Source: a virus. Taken from it: DNA of 64,000 bases. The notes below the pieces were generated by a model. The model saw only the letters and a list, made by a program, of their open reading frames with translations. It was not told the DNA's origin and made no database searches. Both the position numbers and the translations under genes were made by a program. Position 1 is the first letter of the stretch, and the number at the start of each line of letters is the position of its first letter. This document shows, piece by piece, positions 26,493 to 35,709 of the stretch. The stretch lies in the IMG/VR virus record IMGVR_UViG_3300044618_000713, positions 11,555-75,554 of that record; one strand, 5' to 3'.

Positions 26493-26770
26493 CTGACATT
26501 CTAGACGAACGCGAGAAGACACACGGCGATTATTATCAAGTGTCTATGATGGCACAGGAACTGAAGGACGCCATGCGGCGCGGCAAGAAATGGAGAATAC
26601 TAGACGATATGCAGCGCGAGACGCTGGAGATGATCGCCAGCAAGATTAGCCGCATCTTGTCAGGTAATCCGCACGAGTCCGACCATTGGCGTGACATAGC
26701 TGGCTACGCCACGTTGATCGAGCGGTGGCTCACACCACCGGCTGACCTCGAAACCAAGCCTGACCGTTGA
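26489..26770 (+). CDS. DUF6378-like protein
   Basis: ILDEREKTHGDY...KISRILSGNP...DHWRDIAGYA. Confidence 0.75.
   Translation: MTDILDEREKTHGDYYQVSMMAQELKDAMRRGKKWRILDDMQRETLEMIASKISRILSGNPHESDHWRDIAGYATLIERWLTPPADLETKPDR
26502..26603 (+). repeat. Direct repeat copy 1 (at least 102 bp, identical to 63899-64000)
   Basis: Base-by-base comparison; offset 37,397. Confidence 0.95.
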
Positions 26771-27686
26771 TCACGCGGCAGAACTCCGGTTCCAGCAACA
26801 TGCCGCTAGGTGCGAAATGCAACACCACAAAACCCTGTGACCAGTTCACGGGGTTGTCCTCCGCATAAGCGAACTTATCGTTATCAGGTCCGTAATCCGA
26901 AAGCGTTCCGCACTCCACGCCCCATCGAAGGCCATTGTAATCCGCAAACATAGTAGCCTGGAGCCGATGCGTGTGGCCGGTCACAATCGATTTGCCGCTC
27001 TTCAATGTGTTGTTATAGGCCCCATGAACGCCTTGGTGAATGCGATGCTTTACAACCGTATGCTCATTGAGCCATAGGCTTGTGCAGAACTGCCACGCAG
27101 GAAAATGGTCTGCGATGTCAAATCCTTGGACCTGTACATATTCCGGCGCTGCTTGAGCCAGCCTCGACATGAAGCGGTTGTCGTGATTGCCATCGGTCCA
27201 CATGAGATAGCAGCCCGGAGGTGCATAAGCCTCGATCTCTGCGTGACGTTCCTTGACGGCTTCTAGTTCCTCGGCCACGCTCGGCGTCTGCACACGAGCG
27301 CCTGGAGGATGACGACTGATCTTTGCACCGTCGAAGCTGTCGCCGTTCATGATGACCATCGACGGCTGCAAGTCCTTGATGATCTCGATCATGGCTGCGA
27401 AAGCCTTGCTTCGCTCACCCGGCCAGAAATGCCCATCGCTGCCGATGATGACGGGGCCGACAACATTTTCTTTTAGCGCGCGGAAACCTTTTGTCGGCAC
27501 CTCAATCTTGATCCGCTGGGCGGGCTGCGAGATCGTGTTCAGAATGATTCCATGCTTGCGCTCGAGGCTATCCCGTCGAGCGTTAACGCCTCGCAGGTTG
27601 AGGCCCAATTCTTTGGATACGGCGGACGGTGAGCCTAGACGCTTCCATGCGTCAATGAACTCTTGATCGGAGTACCTCTTAGTCAT
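26730..27686 (-). CDS. Calcineurin-like metallophosphoesterase with N-terminal HTH-like segment
   Basis: SDGH, NGDSFD, GNHD, GHTH motifs. Confidence 0.85.
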   Translation of the reverse strand: MTKRYSDQEFIDAWKRLGSPSAVSKELGLNLRGVNARRDSLERKHGIILNTISQPAQRIKIEVPTKGFRALKENVVGPVIIGSDGHFWPGERSKAFAAMIEIIKDLQPSMVIMNGDSFDGAKISRHPPGARVQTPSVAEELEAVKERHAEIEAYAPPGCYLMWTDGNHDNRFMSRLAQAAPEYVQVQGFDIADHFPAWQFCTSLWLNEHTVVKHRIHQGVHGAYNNTLKSGKSIVTGHTHRLQATMFADYNGLRWGVECGTLSDYGPDNDKFAYAEDNPVNWSQGFVVLHFAPSGMLLEPEFCRVINGQAWFRGQPVV

Positions 27687-27689
27687 TCG

Positions 27690-27938
27690 CTACTCCTGCA
27701 CGCGGCGAAAGTTGAGCCGCCAGATCACATCTGCAACTTGCTTGCCGAACATATCGATCTGCTTTTCTTCTGCTTCTGGGAAGACAAGATGCGCCACCTC
27801 ATGGGCGGCTATTTCCAAGAGCAGCTTTGGTTTCTGGAGAAGCCGCGGGTCTAGCTGGATGTGGTCTTCGCCAATATAGGCCCAGCCCCAAGCACGCTCG
27901 CAGGTCTTCCATTCTATGGTGATCTTGCGGCGTGCCAT
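27690..27938 (-). CDS. Small HExxH zincin-like protein
   Basis: IAAHEVAHL...EE. Confidence 0.6.
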   Translation of the reverse strand: MARRKITIEWKTCERAWGWAYIGEDHIQLDPRLLQKPKLLLEIAAHEVAHLVFPEAEEKQIDMFGKQVADVIWRLNFRRVQE

Positions 27939-27941
27939 AAA

Positions 27942-28172
27942 TCAATCCTTGCATCGCTTCCGGCGGTGATCCCATTCGCCGCCGCGGCGGATGCAGTCGC
28001 GCCATTCCTTTTCTTTCTCAGGCGTCATTCGTTTCATTAGAAAAGGCAAAGATGCCTTGAACATAACAATGCCAAGGCCGAACCAAAAGGATGGCCTTTG
28101 AGCGACGAGAAAGCCGCCAGCGCCAATGCCGATGAACAGCACGACGATGGCGGCAATCTCGATCCAGTTCAC
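27942..28172 (-). CDS. Small membrane protein of the lysis cassette
   Basis: GTG start overlapping the holin stop; hydrophobic N-half and basic C-terminus. Confidence 0.55.
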   Translation of the reverse strand: MNWIEIAAIVVLFIGIGAGGFLVAQRPSFWFGLGIVMFKASLPFLMKRMTPEKEKEWRDCIRRGGEWDHRRKRCKD

Positions 28173-28330
28173 TTCTTGGCCCAGATAGACCAACCAGCGG
28201 CGAATATAACTCCCAGTGCGCCGATGATCTCGTTCATGGCGGTGGCGTCAATAACTCCGGTTCCGACAACATAGCCGCCACCAGCCGCGAGAACGGCGCG
28301 AACAACGCCCCAGACCATTTCTTTTGTCAT
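28169..28330 (-). CDS. Putative holin (53 aa, 2 TM)
   Basis: My translation MTKEMVWGVVRAVLAAGGGYVVGTGVIDATAMNEIIGALGVIFAAGWSIWAKK; follows the endolysin. Confidence 0.65.
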   Translation of the reverse strand: MTKEMVWGVVRAVLAAGGGYVVGTGVIDATAMNEIIGALGVIFAAGWSIWAKK

Positions 28331-28752
28331 CACTTACTTCCTTTTGTTGTGCCGGGATATTGCTTCCACGGCAGTTGGTAGTGAGGGCCGTCCTGGAAAG
28401 TCTTCCAGTCACCGCCCCATTCGATAGGCACGTTTTCTGCTTTCGCAGCGGCCTTCATGGCTGCGGCGATCTTGTGATAGAGGGGCCAGTCGCCACGGTA
28501 TTTCCCGCCAATGATGGCTCCGAGGTCGACGGCGTGGGAGTAGCCGTTCTTGGCGATGAGGTGGCGAGACTTCAGGGTCGTGGATGCTCCACTCGCCTTT
28601 AGAATCTTCTGCTCTTCGAGGGTGCGCGGGCCGCAGGTGATGATGAAAGTGAGGGTCTTGTCTTTCCAATCGCCAGCGCATCGATTGACCACACGCACCA
28701 GATCGGGATGAACGCCTTTAAGCTTGGCGAAGGACGCGCTGTTAAGCTTCAT
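28330..28752 (-). CDS. Endolysin, M15 (L-Ala-D-Glu) peptidase
   Basis: LKGVHPDL, RT.EEQ, SRHL, AVD, WGGDW, DGPHYQ. Confidence 0.9.
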   Translation of the reverse strand: MKLNSASFAKLKGVHPDLVRVVNRCAGDWKDKTLTFIITCGPRTLEEQKILKASGASTTLKSRHLIAKNGYSHAVDLGAIIGGKYRGDWPLYHKIAAAMKAAAKAENVPIEWGGDWKTFQDGPHYQLPWKQYPGTTKGSK

Positions 28753-28991
28753 TTGCGTAATGCCTCTTCGATGCTGTCGAGCTTCGCCATGATGGCGCGG
28801 CTTGTCTCACGAATCTCCTTGATCTCTCGATCATGCGCTGTACGCGATGTTTCGGTCTGCGCTTGCAAGACGGCGATGGCAGTCTCGTGCGCCTGTTGCT
28901 GGCGGTAGATCACCCAGACAAACGCGGCCACTGGCGCGATGATCCATTGCATGATGGCCCCGAGCACTTTGAAGGTCTGATCGTCAATCAT
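28749..28991 (-). CDS. Holin/XhlA-like membrane plus coiled-coil protein
   Basis: One TM segment followed by coiled coil; upstream of the endolysin. Confidence 0.55.
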   Translation of the reverse strand: MIDDQTFKVLGAIMQWIIAPVAAFVWVIYRQQQAHETAIAVLQAQTETSRTAHDREIKEIRETSRAIMAKLDSIEEALRK

Positions 28992-29000
28992 GGCACTGTC

Positions 29001-29630
29001 TCACGGAGAAGAGGCATATTCGCGGCGGCGGAACATCCAGACTTTTCCAGCGTCTATACCAGCACCAAAAGAACCGCCACTAGTTCTAAATCTAATTGAC
29101 GCATAGAGAACTTTTTGGACAGTGGCGTCATACGTTCCTATAGTGTTTGTTCCAGAAACGTCGCTGCCAGCATAAGAACTGATTCTTGCTATGTGATTTG
29201 TCTTTGGTATCCTTGGCAACAGCACTTCCATGTCAAAACCAAAGAGTGCAGAACTCGTATTGTCGCCTATTTGCTCAACCTGATCTAACCTTGCGTCTGT
29301 CTCAAGGTAAAAAGAAATGTTTATCCCGTTGTTACTTACCGAATTATGCGACAATCCGTGAGCAACGATTCGATATTCATATCCGTCTACAAAATTAGGC
29401 GTCACAATGCTTGTTTGGACCCCGTTCACAGCGAAATCATAAATAAGCCCAGTCTTACCGTCGCCTATCGTCACTTTGTCGTGCGGATGCCAACCAGACA
29501 CCATAACAGGAGCGCCAGATGCGCTCTCGGCAAGAGCAGAAGGATTGTCGCGCAATGCAGTCACCGTCGTGCTTGCAGGAATGCCGCCAACAGCAACCGC
29601 TGCGTTTGATATGCTCGTCCATGTTGTCAT
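29001..29630 (-). CDS. Tail tip/receptor-binding protein
   Basis: ALRDNP.A.AE..SGAP N-terminal motif; last tail gene; lower-GC C-terminus. Confidence 0.6.
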   Translation of the reverse strand: MTTWTSISNAAVAVGGIPASTTVTALRDNPSALAESASGAPVMVSGWHPHDKVTIGDGKTGLIYDFAVNGVQTSIVTPNFVDGYEYRIVAHGLSHNSVSNNGINISFYLETDARLDQVEQIGDNTSSALFGFDMEVLLPRIPKTNHIARISSYAGSDVSGTNTIGTYDATVQKVLYASIRFRTSGGSFGAGIDAGKVWMFRRREYASSP

Positions 29631-31429
29631 CAAAGCCACCTATACGGTTGAGGAGTCCCGCTCAAATCATTACCACTATCATCGAGCCAGCGCCACGGCT
29701 GGGCAACGCCGTTGACATCAAGCCCCGCATCGGTCAGCCAGGTCCAGAGCACGCCGCCCTTCTCGTTGTCTTCCGCTGTAAAGCGATATGTCAGGCCGTT
29801 GCGGGCTACCTCTGCCGAGGTGATAAGCCACTCGCCATCACGCGGCGCACCTGTGAAATCGACATCCAGATAGTGCCGTATCTGCACAACCGATCCGGTC
29901 CAGACGTTTGTGGCATCTTTGGCTGATAGGTCGAAGGTGATTTCCTTGCGAACATCCGAGAAGCGATCAAGGTATGTCTGTGCGAGAGCGTTGGCGATTG
30001 CCTGTGTGCTAATGAACCGGCAGAACAATTCCCTGATTTGCGGTTCGCCGCCATACTGCACTTGCTTTAGAACATCGATGTAGACCGAAACGCGGGAATA
30101 GTTGCTCTTCTCTGTCACGCTCGGGATCGGCGTGCGTTGCAAGTAGTAGACATGTGTCTGAGATGCGCGCTCTTCCGGCTTTTCCTCTATTGAGAAACTG
30201 CCAGCAACAATCGCATCGTCATCAGTCAAAATTGTAGGTGACGGCTGTGGCCTTACTGGCTCCATGAGAATCTTTTGGACGCGCTCATCCCACCACAAAT
30301 TTGAGACGGCCTGGAGGCACACCTCTGCCAGAAGTTCTTCGATCTTGTCGGGATCGGTGATCCACGCAGTGAAATTGTAGTCTGGCCGATAGGTGGTCTT
30401 TGCTGCCGCCCAATCTGCGAAGTTGATATACTTCGCAGGGATGCCTCCCCAATTGACAAGAAGGTCATAGAGGATTTCGTGGAATGGCGTAGCGTTGTAA
30501 TAAAGCACGCGCTGCACGCGGTCGTTCTGACTTTGAGCCGCTGCTGTTGTTCCGGCCAGTCCTCGTGTCAGCCCATCGAAGTAGATGTTGCCGCCGGTCG
30601 TTTCATAACGCTGGGCATATTGGATCACCTCGCTGTTGATCCTGACATATCCCGCCTCAGGATAGTCGCTCAATGTTGCGCCAGCTACGGTCATGGCCGT
30701 TGCTACGTTCGTGATGTTCGAGGCTAGTTCGCCACGGCTCAGATACGGTGCCGTCAGGTTGGTGTCGGTGATCTTTCGCAGGATGTCCTTGGCCGTGATC
30801 GAAACGCCATTGCGACCTGCGTCGATCTTCTCGATCACATATTCACGCTGCGTCATGACCGAAAGCGGTTCGCCTATCAGCCCTTCATAGATGTTCAGCG
30901 TGTATCCGATGTGATACGGATTGCGGGCAAGCCACTTGCTCCAGAAGCTGCCGATCTGGTCTGGATCATAAGCCCTCGTGGAGACGTATGGATCGGTGCC
31001 TACGTCATTCCAAGGGAAGTCTTTAATACGGACATTGCTAACAGCGCGATAGCCTAGCGGGCTTTTATTGCGCGATCCAGAGGCCACGTTGAGGACGGTT
31101 GGAGCCGTCTGATAGTTCTGCATTGCCGGGATGGCGAGTGATGGCTGGTATATGTAATCAATCAGGAACGGATCGCCAGCTTCCGTGGTGAGCGTGTTGC
31201 CATTCTCGGTCAGCAGATTGGTGTTGTTATCCTGCCATTCGTATACGTCATCGTTGACGAATCGCAGCGTCAACGACTTGCTCAGATCGAGAGCGGATAA
31301 GAACTTGCAGGTCTTGTCTGTGTTCCAACAGGCATCGCCAGTCGCATTGCAGGGCGAGACACCGAACGTGCGGGAGCAGAGCGGCTGGATGATCTCGACA
31401 ATCTCGACGGGGCGCGCTGCAAAAGTCAT
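29630..31429 (-). CDS. Tail hub/baseplate protein
   Basis: Cys motif CSRTFG..PC...C..T..TC, GSFW.KW.ARNPY; position after the distal tail gene. Confidence 0.7.
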   Translation of the reverse strand: MTFAARPVEIVEIIQPLCSRTFGVSPCNATGDACWNTDKTCKFLSALDLSKSLTLRFVNDDVYEWQDNNTNLLTENGNTLTTEAGDPFLIDYIYQPSLAIPAMQNYQTAPTVLNVASGSRNKSPLGYRAVSNVRIKDFPWNDVGTDPYVSTRAYDPDQIGSFWSKWLARNPYHIGYTLNIYEGLIGEPLSVMTQREYVIEKIDAGRNGVSITAKDILRKITDTNLTAPYLSRGELASNITNVATAMTVAGATLSDYPEAGYVRINSEVIQYAQRYETTGGNIYFDGLTRGLAGTTAAAQSQNDRVQRVLYYNATPFHEILYDLLVNWGGIPAKYINFADWAAAKTTYRPDYNFTAWITDPDKIEELLAEVCLQAVSNLWWDERVQKILMEPVRPQPSPTILTDDDAIVAGSFSIEEKPEERASQTHVYYLQRTPIPSVTEKSNYSRVSVYIDVLKQVQYGGEPQIRELFCRFISTQAIANALAQTYLDRFSDVRKEITFDLSAKDATNVWTGSVVQIRHYLDVDFTGAPRDGEWLITSAEVARNGLTYRFTAEDNEKGGVLWTWLTDAGLDVNGVAQPWRWLDDSGNDLSGTPQPYRWL

Positions 31430-32211
31430 CAGTAATATCCTGTGACGCCGAGGCTGACAGAGCGATAAGCCTTGATCCCCATGTTTACTGGTTCAACGTC
31501 TCGGTCGGTCCAGACGAAGCCGACATCGGTCGTGATCTTCGATGGATTGCCAGCGATGAAGAATGGCTGCAATGGCAGCGTCTTTGCGAACGGCTCGAAG
31601 TAGGTATCGTACCAAGCCGTTGTCAGATATTCCCAATCGTAAGATGTGGTAACGGCGCGCCTCTTGATGATGCGACCAAGCCATTGGCCTGTCTCGGAGA
31701 ACTGTTGCTGTGCTTCCGTGACGCGGTTGAGATTGAGCGGCCTATGCCCTCCGTAGATCGGTATTGGCATTTGCAGAGCAGTGCCAGCGCGAATGATGCC
31801 GATGGCGATGTCCGTACCATCATTGATGACAAGTCGCACTTCGCGGATTGTATAGGCAATGCCATCGTTGTTGAAGAGGGCGCAGATGGTTGTGTTGTCT
31901 GTTGGGCTGACGGTTGCGCGCGTTGTATGTGCGCCGCCAGCCGTCGATGCGGTCGAGATTGTGATCGTCTTTCCTGATAGATTGTGCGCTGCAATGAAGA
32001 CGCAATCAATTGTGGCATTAGATGCGGTTTGCAATGTCCAGGTATTAGACCCAGGTGCAAGTTCCCAACGCTGTGATGTGTAGTCATTCGTCGCATAAGA
32101 CGGATTGGTTCCGCCGCCAGAGACAGTGCCGGTTATCATATCCCACAAGATGCGGGCATGGTTAAGCGGCTGATTCGTTTCGACTATATAACTGGCGGTG
32201 TTGATGGTCAT
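31429..32211 (-). CDS. Distal tail-like protein
   Basis: IAAHNL, SETGQWLGR, PFFIA; position after the TMP. Confidence 0.6.
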   Translation of the reverse strand: MTINTASYIVETNQPLNHARILWDMITGTVSGGGTNPSYATNDYTSQRWELAPGSNTWTLQTASNATIDCVFIAAHNLSGKTITISTASTAGGAHTTRATVSPTDNTTICALFNNDGIAYTIREVRLVINDGTDIAIGIIRAGTALQMPIPIYGGHRPLNLNRVTEAQQQFSETGQWLGRIIKRRAVTTSYDWEYLTTAWYDTYFEPFAKTLPLQPFFIAGNPSKITTDVGFVWTDRDVEPVNMGIKAYRSVSLGVTGYY

Positions 32212-32828
32212 GATGTTCCCAATGCCCCGGCAGCAATAATCCAATTTGTACCATCACAGACAAGCATTACCCATGCGCCATCACCACCAGTTGCCGGAAT
32301 GATTGCTGTTCCAGCCGATCCACCAGCGCGCGGCACAACATTGGTCGATGCGGAGTTAACCGCAAAAGCGCCGCCGATGTTGGTAACAATGATAATGCGA
32401 CCCGCATGAGAAGCAGCAGTCGGAAGTGTCAGAGTGTTAGTGGCTCCACGATTAGAGATGATGAATGTTACACCAGCCGCGACCGTGTAGTCTGTCGTGA
32501 CAGTCACCGGAGCGGCAAGGGCAAACGATCCGTTGACTTGCAGCTTCGCCGTTGGCGTTGCCGTGCCGATGCCTACGCGATCCGTGGATGCGTCCACGAA
32601 GACAAGGTTGGCGTCTGTGTCGCCCTCGATGCGTTGGTCTACATCAGCGCCAGCATCGTTGAAGACGTTGGCCCCTGCGAATGACGCAGCCGGGATATTC
32701 TGAAACAGTTCCGCGCGCGTCTGTTTCTTGGTCTCTGGGACACTTGTGTCCACCACCACATAGAGATCATCGGTGGCCGTGTTGGCCCCGGTCAGTGCTG
32801 ATAGTGCGCTGATCTTGATGTCGGCCAT
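32208..32828 (-). CDS. Fibre-like protein with KISxL N-terminus
   Basis: MADIKISALSAL; RVGIGTATPTAKLQVNG repeat; beta-sandwich C-terminus. Confidence 0.65.
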   Translation of the reverse strand: MADIKISALSALTGANTATDDLYVVVDTSVPETKKQTRAELFQNIPAASFAGANVFNDAGADVDQRIEGDTDANLVFVDASTDRVGIGTATPTAKLQVNGSFALAAPVTVTTDYTVAAGVTFIISNRGATNTLTLPTAASHAGRIIIVTNIGGAFAVNSASTNVVPRAGGSAGTAIIPATGGDGAWVMLVCDGTNWIIAAGALGTS

Positions 32829-34747
32829 CAGGCTATCACTCCGCGAATTGTGCCGCCGTTGCGCTGCGTGCTGTTAAGCTGGTCGATGAACTGTCTGGCG
32901 AACTTCTCGCCAAAGCCCATCGGATCATTCATCATTGTAAACTGGAAAGTGGTCGTTGGCGATGCCGCTGCCGGGGCTGCGGATGCACCACCGCCACCGC
33001 CTCTACGGCCACCACCGCCACCTCCACCACCACCACCGCCGCCGCCGCCTTCCGAGACGCCCTTGATAGCCGCCACGGCACTCATGCCCTTGGCAAAGAC
33101 GGCGGCGTAATTGGCGAACTTCTGAATGGGCGTGATGGCGGTCGGATCATTCATCGCACTAACGGCTGCGCGGATGGTGTCAACGATTGCTTGTGCGGCT
33201 GCTGCGGCCTTTGCCACTTTTAGCAGACGCTTTCCGCCCGCTTGTGCGACTTGGGCCATAGAGCCAAAGAATGAAGACGCGGCAGTCAGATCACCATCAA
33301 GGCGTTGAGACTGAATGGATGCGAGAGATGTAGCGTGATCTTCCGCCAGCTTGCGTGATAGGTCATAGTATTCTTGCTCGGAAAGCAGCTTGTTAGCCAG
33401 TGCGCCGTCAAGAGTTTCTTGGTTGAGCGTGTATTCTTCCGCAAGGATTTCACGCTCGGTTGCGAACTGATCGCGAATAGTTTGGAGTCTATCGACGAAG
33501 AACGGGTCTTCCTCTCGATAGATACCAGGCTCTCGCATTTTGTCTGCGTTGCCATCTTTTCCGGGGATCGCCGGAATAAAAGCACCAGCATTTGATTTCT
33601 CGACCATCGCACGAGCGGCAGAAAGATCGGCTTGAAGACCTGATAAGTCTATTCCAATTGCATCAGAAATCTGCTTCCCGAATTCTGCCATTCCTGGCAC
33701 CATGTCTTGAGCAGTCTGGTAAACAAAATCTAAACCTTTCTTCAGTTCATCCACGCTATCGGTAGCGATTGCAATGCCAGCCGCTAGTGTAATGAACCCG
33801 ACAAGGCCAATCTTCTTGGCAAGGTTGAAAGCTGTCATTGTAATAGTTGCGGCTTTTACTGCTTGTGCAAATGCCACAAAGCCAGCCGCAGCGCCAAACA
33901 GATAGCGCGTAAAGATTGCAAGTCCAATCCCTTTTATGATTTCACCAAGAAGGTCAAGATTGTCCTTCACAACAATGACTGCGCGTGCCACACCTTGCAG
34001 AATCTGACCAGCAGCCTCTCCCGCAGACTTGAAGATATCAGTCGATTGTGCGCTATTAACTAATGCCTCAGATACACCGACCAAGGCTGGCGTCATGCCT
34101 GTGGTAAAACTCTGCACGGCCCCAGCAACATATTGCTGAAGTCTGGTAATGTTATCGTTGAATTGTTCTGCACCTGCAGCTGCTTCTTGCGAAACAACTA
34201 CGCCAAACATTCGTGCCTGATTAGTCATTTCGGCAATGCTTGCGGCACCACCGTTGAGAAGCGGAATTAAATCAAGACCAGAACGGCCAAACAATTCCAA
34301 TGCCCACTGCGATTTTTGCACGCCATCGGGCATCATGGCGAACTTGTCGGCGACATCCATCAGCACTTCGTTAGTGCCGCGCATTGTTCCGTCATTATTG
34401 CGAAGAGAGACGCCGAACGCTTGGAAACTCTTAGCACTATCACCCATTTTGCGGGCCATGATGCCAAGAGAACTTTGCAATTGCTCAATAGATAAGTCAG
34501 ACAATTTGGCTGCGTAATTTAAGCCAGACAACTCTTCAGTTGTCATGCCAACTTTCTGGGCTACCTTCCCAATGTTGTCAGCATAATTTAGTGCAGCCTT
34601 CCCAACAGCAACAAACACACCAGCGGAAAGTGCCCCGGCAATGCCTTTCGCAAATCTGCTTAATGCACTTTCTGCCTTGCCTAGTGCTCGATCAAGGCCA
34701 GTCGTGTTGCCATTTATGGCAATTTCAATTCCGCTAGATTGAGCCAT
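32828..34747 (-). CDS. Tape measure protein
   Basis: 639 aa, Ala-rich helical, LFGRSG.DLIPLL, poly-Gly near the C-terminus; follows the chaperones. Confidence 0.88.
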   Translation of the reverse strand: MAQSSGIEIAINGNTTGLDRALGKAESALSRFAKGIAGALSAGVFVAVGKAALNYADNIGKVAQKVGMTTEELSGLNYAAKLSDLSIEQLQSSLGIMARKMGDSAKSFQAFGVSLRNNDGTMRGTNEVLMDVADKFAMMPDGVQKSQWALELFGRSGLDLIPLLNGGAASIAEMTNQARMFGVVVSQEAAAGAEQFNDNITRLQQYVAGAVQSFTTGMTPALVGVSEALVNSAQSTDIFKSAGEAAGQILQGVARAVIVVKDNLDLLGEIIKGIGLAIFTRYLFGAAAGFVAFAQAVKAATITMTAFNLAKKIGLVGFITLAAGIAIATDSVDELKKGLDFVYQTAQDMVPGMAEFGKQISDAIGIDLSGLQADLSAARAMVEKSNAGAFIPAIPGKDGNADKMREPGIYREEDPFFVDRLQTIRDQFATEREILAEEYTLNQETLDGALANKLLSEQEYYDLSRKLAEDHATSLASIQSQRLDGDLTAASSFFGSMAQVAQAGGKRLLKVAKAAAAAQAIVDTIRAAVSAMNDPTAITPIQKFANYAAVFAKGMSAVAAIKGVSEGGGGGGGGGGGGGGRRGGGGGASAAPAAASPTTTFQFTMMNDPMGFGEKFARQFIDQLNSTQRNGGTIRGVIA

Positions 34748-34997
34748 GTAACAGTTCCTTTAATTCCTCTACATCGGCCCTAGTCAGTTTCCCGGCGTAT
34801 GTTTCGCCTGGCTCTTTCGGCTTTTTCAACTCGTATTCCAACCACCACTCGGGAATGGTCATCTCCCAGAAATCGCTAGGCTGAATTCCCCATTCCCTCG
34901 CCCATAGATACATTCCGTTCCAGTCTAGTTCTCCATACTCTCCATGATCTTCGCCCTCGCCTTCGACTGGCTTTCGGTCTGGGCGTCTGGATTTTTT
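34734..34997 (-). CDS. gpGT-like -1 frameshift extension of the tail assembly chaperone
   Basis: Slippery A AAA AAT at 34991-34997; -1 frame reads LDWNGMYLWAREWGIQPSDFWEMTIPEWW to TAG at 34734. Confidence 0.7.
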   Translation of the reverse strand, partial: KKSRRPDRKPVEGEGEDHGEYGELDWNGMYLWAREWGIQPSDFWEMTIPEWWLEYELKKPKEPGETYAGKLTRADVEELKELLHGSI

Positions 34998-35302
34998 GAC
35001 TTGTCTTCAGTCGGAGAGAACGATGTGAGCACAAGGCTGATCAAGGAAGTGATGCTCTCCTGATCGCCCGTTACAAGTTCCTCATAGACCTGTTCGTCCG
35101 TGACCCTGCACCCTGCCGCCGTCAGCATCTTTGCAAGCACGAAAGAGATGTGGCTGACAGGCGGATGACCTTGGCTTGTGCGCACGGCGATGTCCGTGAA
35201 GGATATGTCGCCCATCTCGATGGATCGCATTAGCTTCATGGAAGGGACGAAGCGATACTCTTCACCCTTCCACTTGATTGTTAGCTCCCGAAAGATTGCC
35301 AT
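34925..35302 (-). CDS. Tail assembly chaperone (gpG-like)
   Basis: Between the tube and TMP genes; contains the slippery site. Confidence 0.75.
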   Translation of the reverse strand: MAIFRELTIKWKGEEYRFVPSMKLMRSIEMGDISFTDIAVRTSQGHPPVSHISFVLAKMLTAAGCRVTDEQVYEELVTGDQESITSLISLVLTSFSPTEDKSKNPDAQTESQSKARAKIMESMEN

Positions 35303-35304
35303 GA

Positions 35305-35694
35305 TTACGATGCCGTGAACGTAATCGTTCCAGAGGACTGGATCGAGGCCGTGAAGGTCGTGGCGTCTGCCTGTTCGCCGGTCACAGCGAAGCTGGCAAG
35401 AAAGAAGTTGCCGGTGAACGATCCAAGGCCGAGCAGTTCAATGGTGTAGGCTTCAAGCAGAGCCGAGGAAGTTCCAACGGCAAGCGCCAAGAAGGTGGTG
35501 TCCTCAAGGATGCCTTCGACTTCGGCATCGATGGAGCGGACACCGACATCAGCCAGCATCTTGCGCCAACCGTTGTCATCCTTTTCGGTGAGATCGATCG
35601 GTTCGTTATTGATAGTGAAGCTATCAGCGCGAGCACCAGCCACGGCAGTCGAGCCGCGCTTGATACGAACTTTGCGTCCAGCAATTGCGGGCAT
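35305..35694 (-). CDS. Tail tube protein (short form)
   Basis: TINNEPIDLTEKDDNGWR..L..VG.RS; TP901-1/GTA-type tube. Confidence 0.85.
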   Translation of the reverse strand: MPAIAGRKVRIKRGSTAVAGARADSFTINNEPIDLTEKDDNGWRKMLADVGVRSIDAEVEGILEDTTFLALAVGTSSALLEAYTIELLGLGSFTGNFFLASFAVTGEQADATTFTASIQSSGTITFTAS

Positions 35695-35709
35695 GTTCTA
35701 GTTCCTTTC

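Noticed and set aside
26502-26603. Repeat as attL/attR of an integrase-driven prophage
   Set aside because: No integrase in the enclosed 37.4 kb, the repeat lies in a phage gene, and the flank is another phage
28316-28330. Dual-start holin/antiholin motif (MTKEM)
   Set aside because: The extension is charge-neutral, unlike the lambda S Met-Lys-Met type; evidence too weak
32985-33052. CCG/CCA-rich tract as a microsatellite or contingency locus
   Set aside because: It encodes the poly-Gly linker of the tape measure protein using mixed codons
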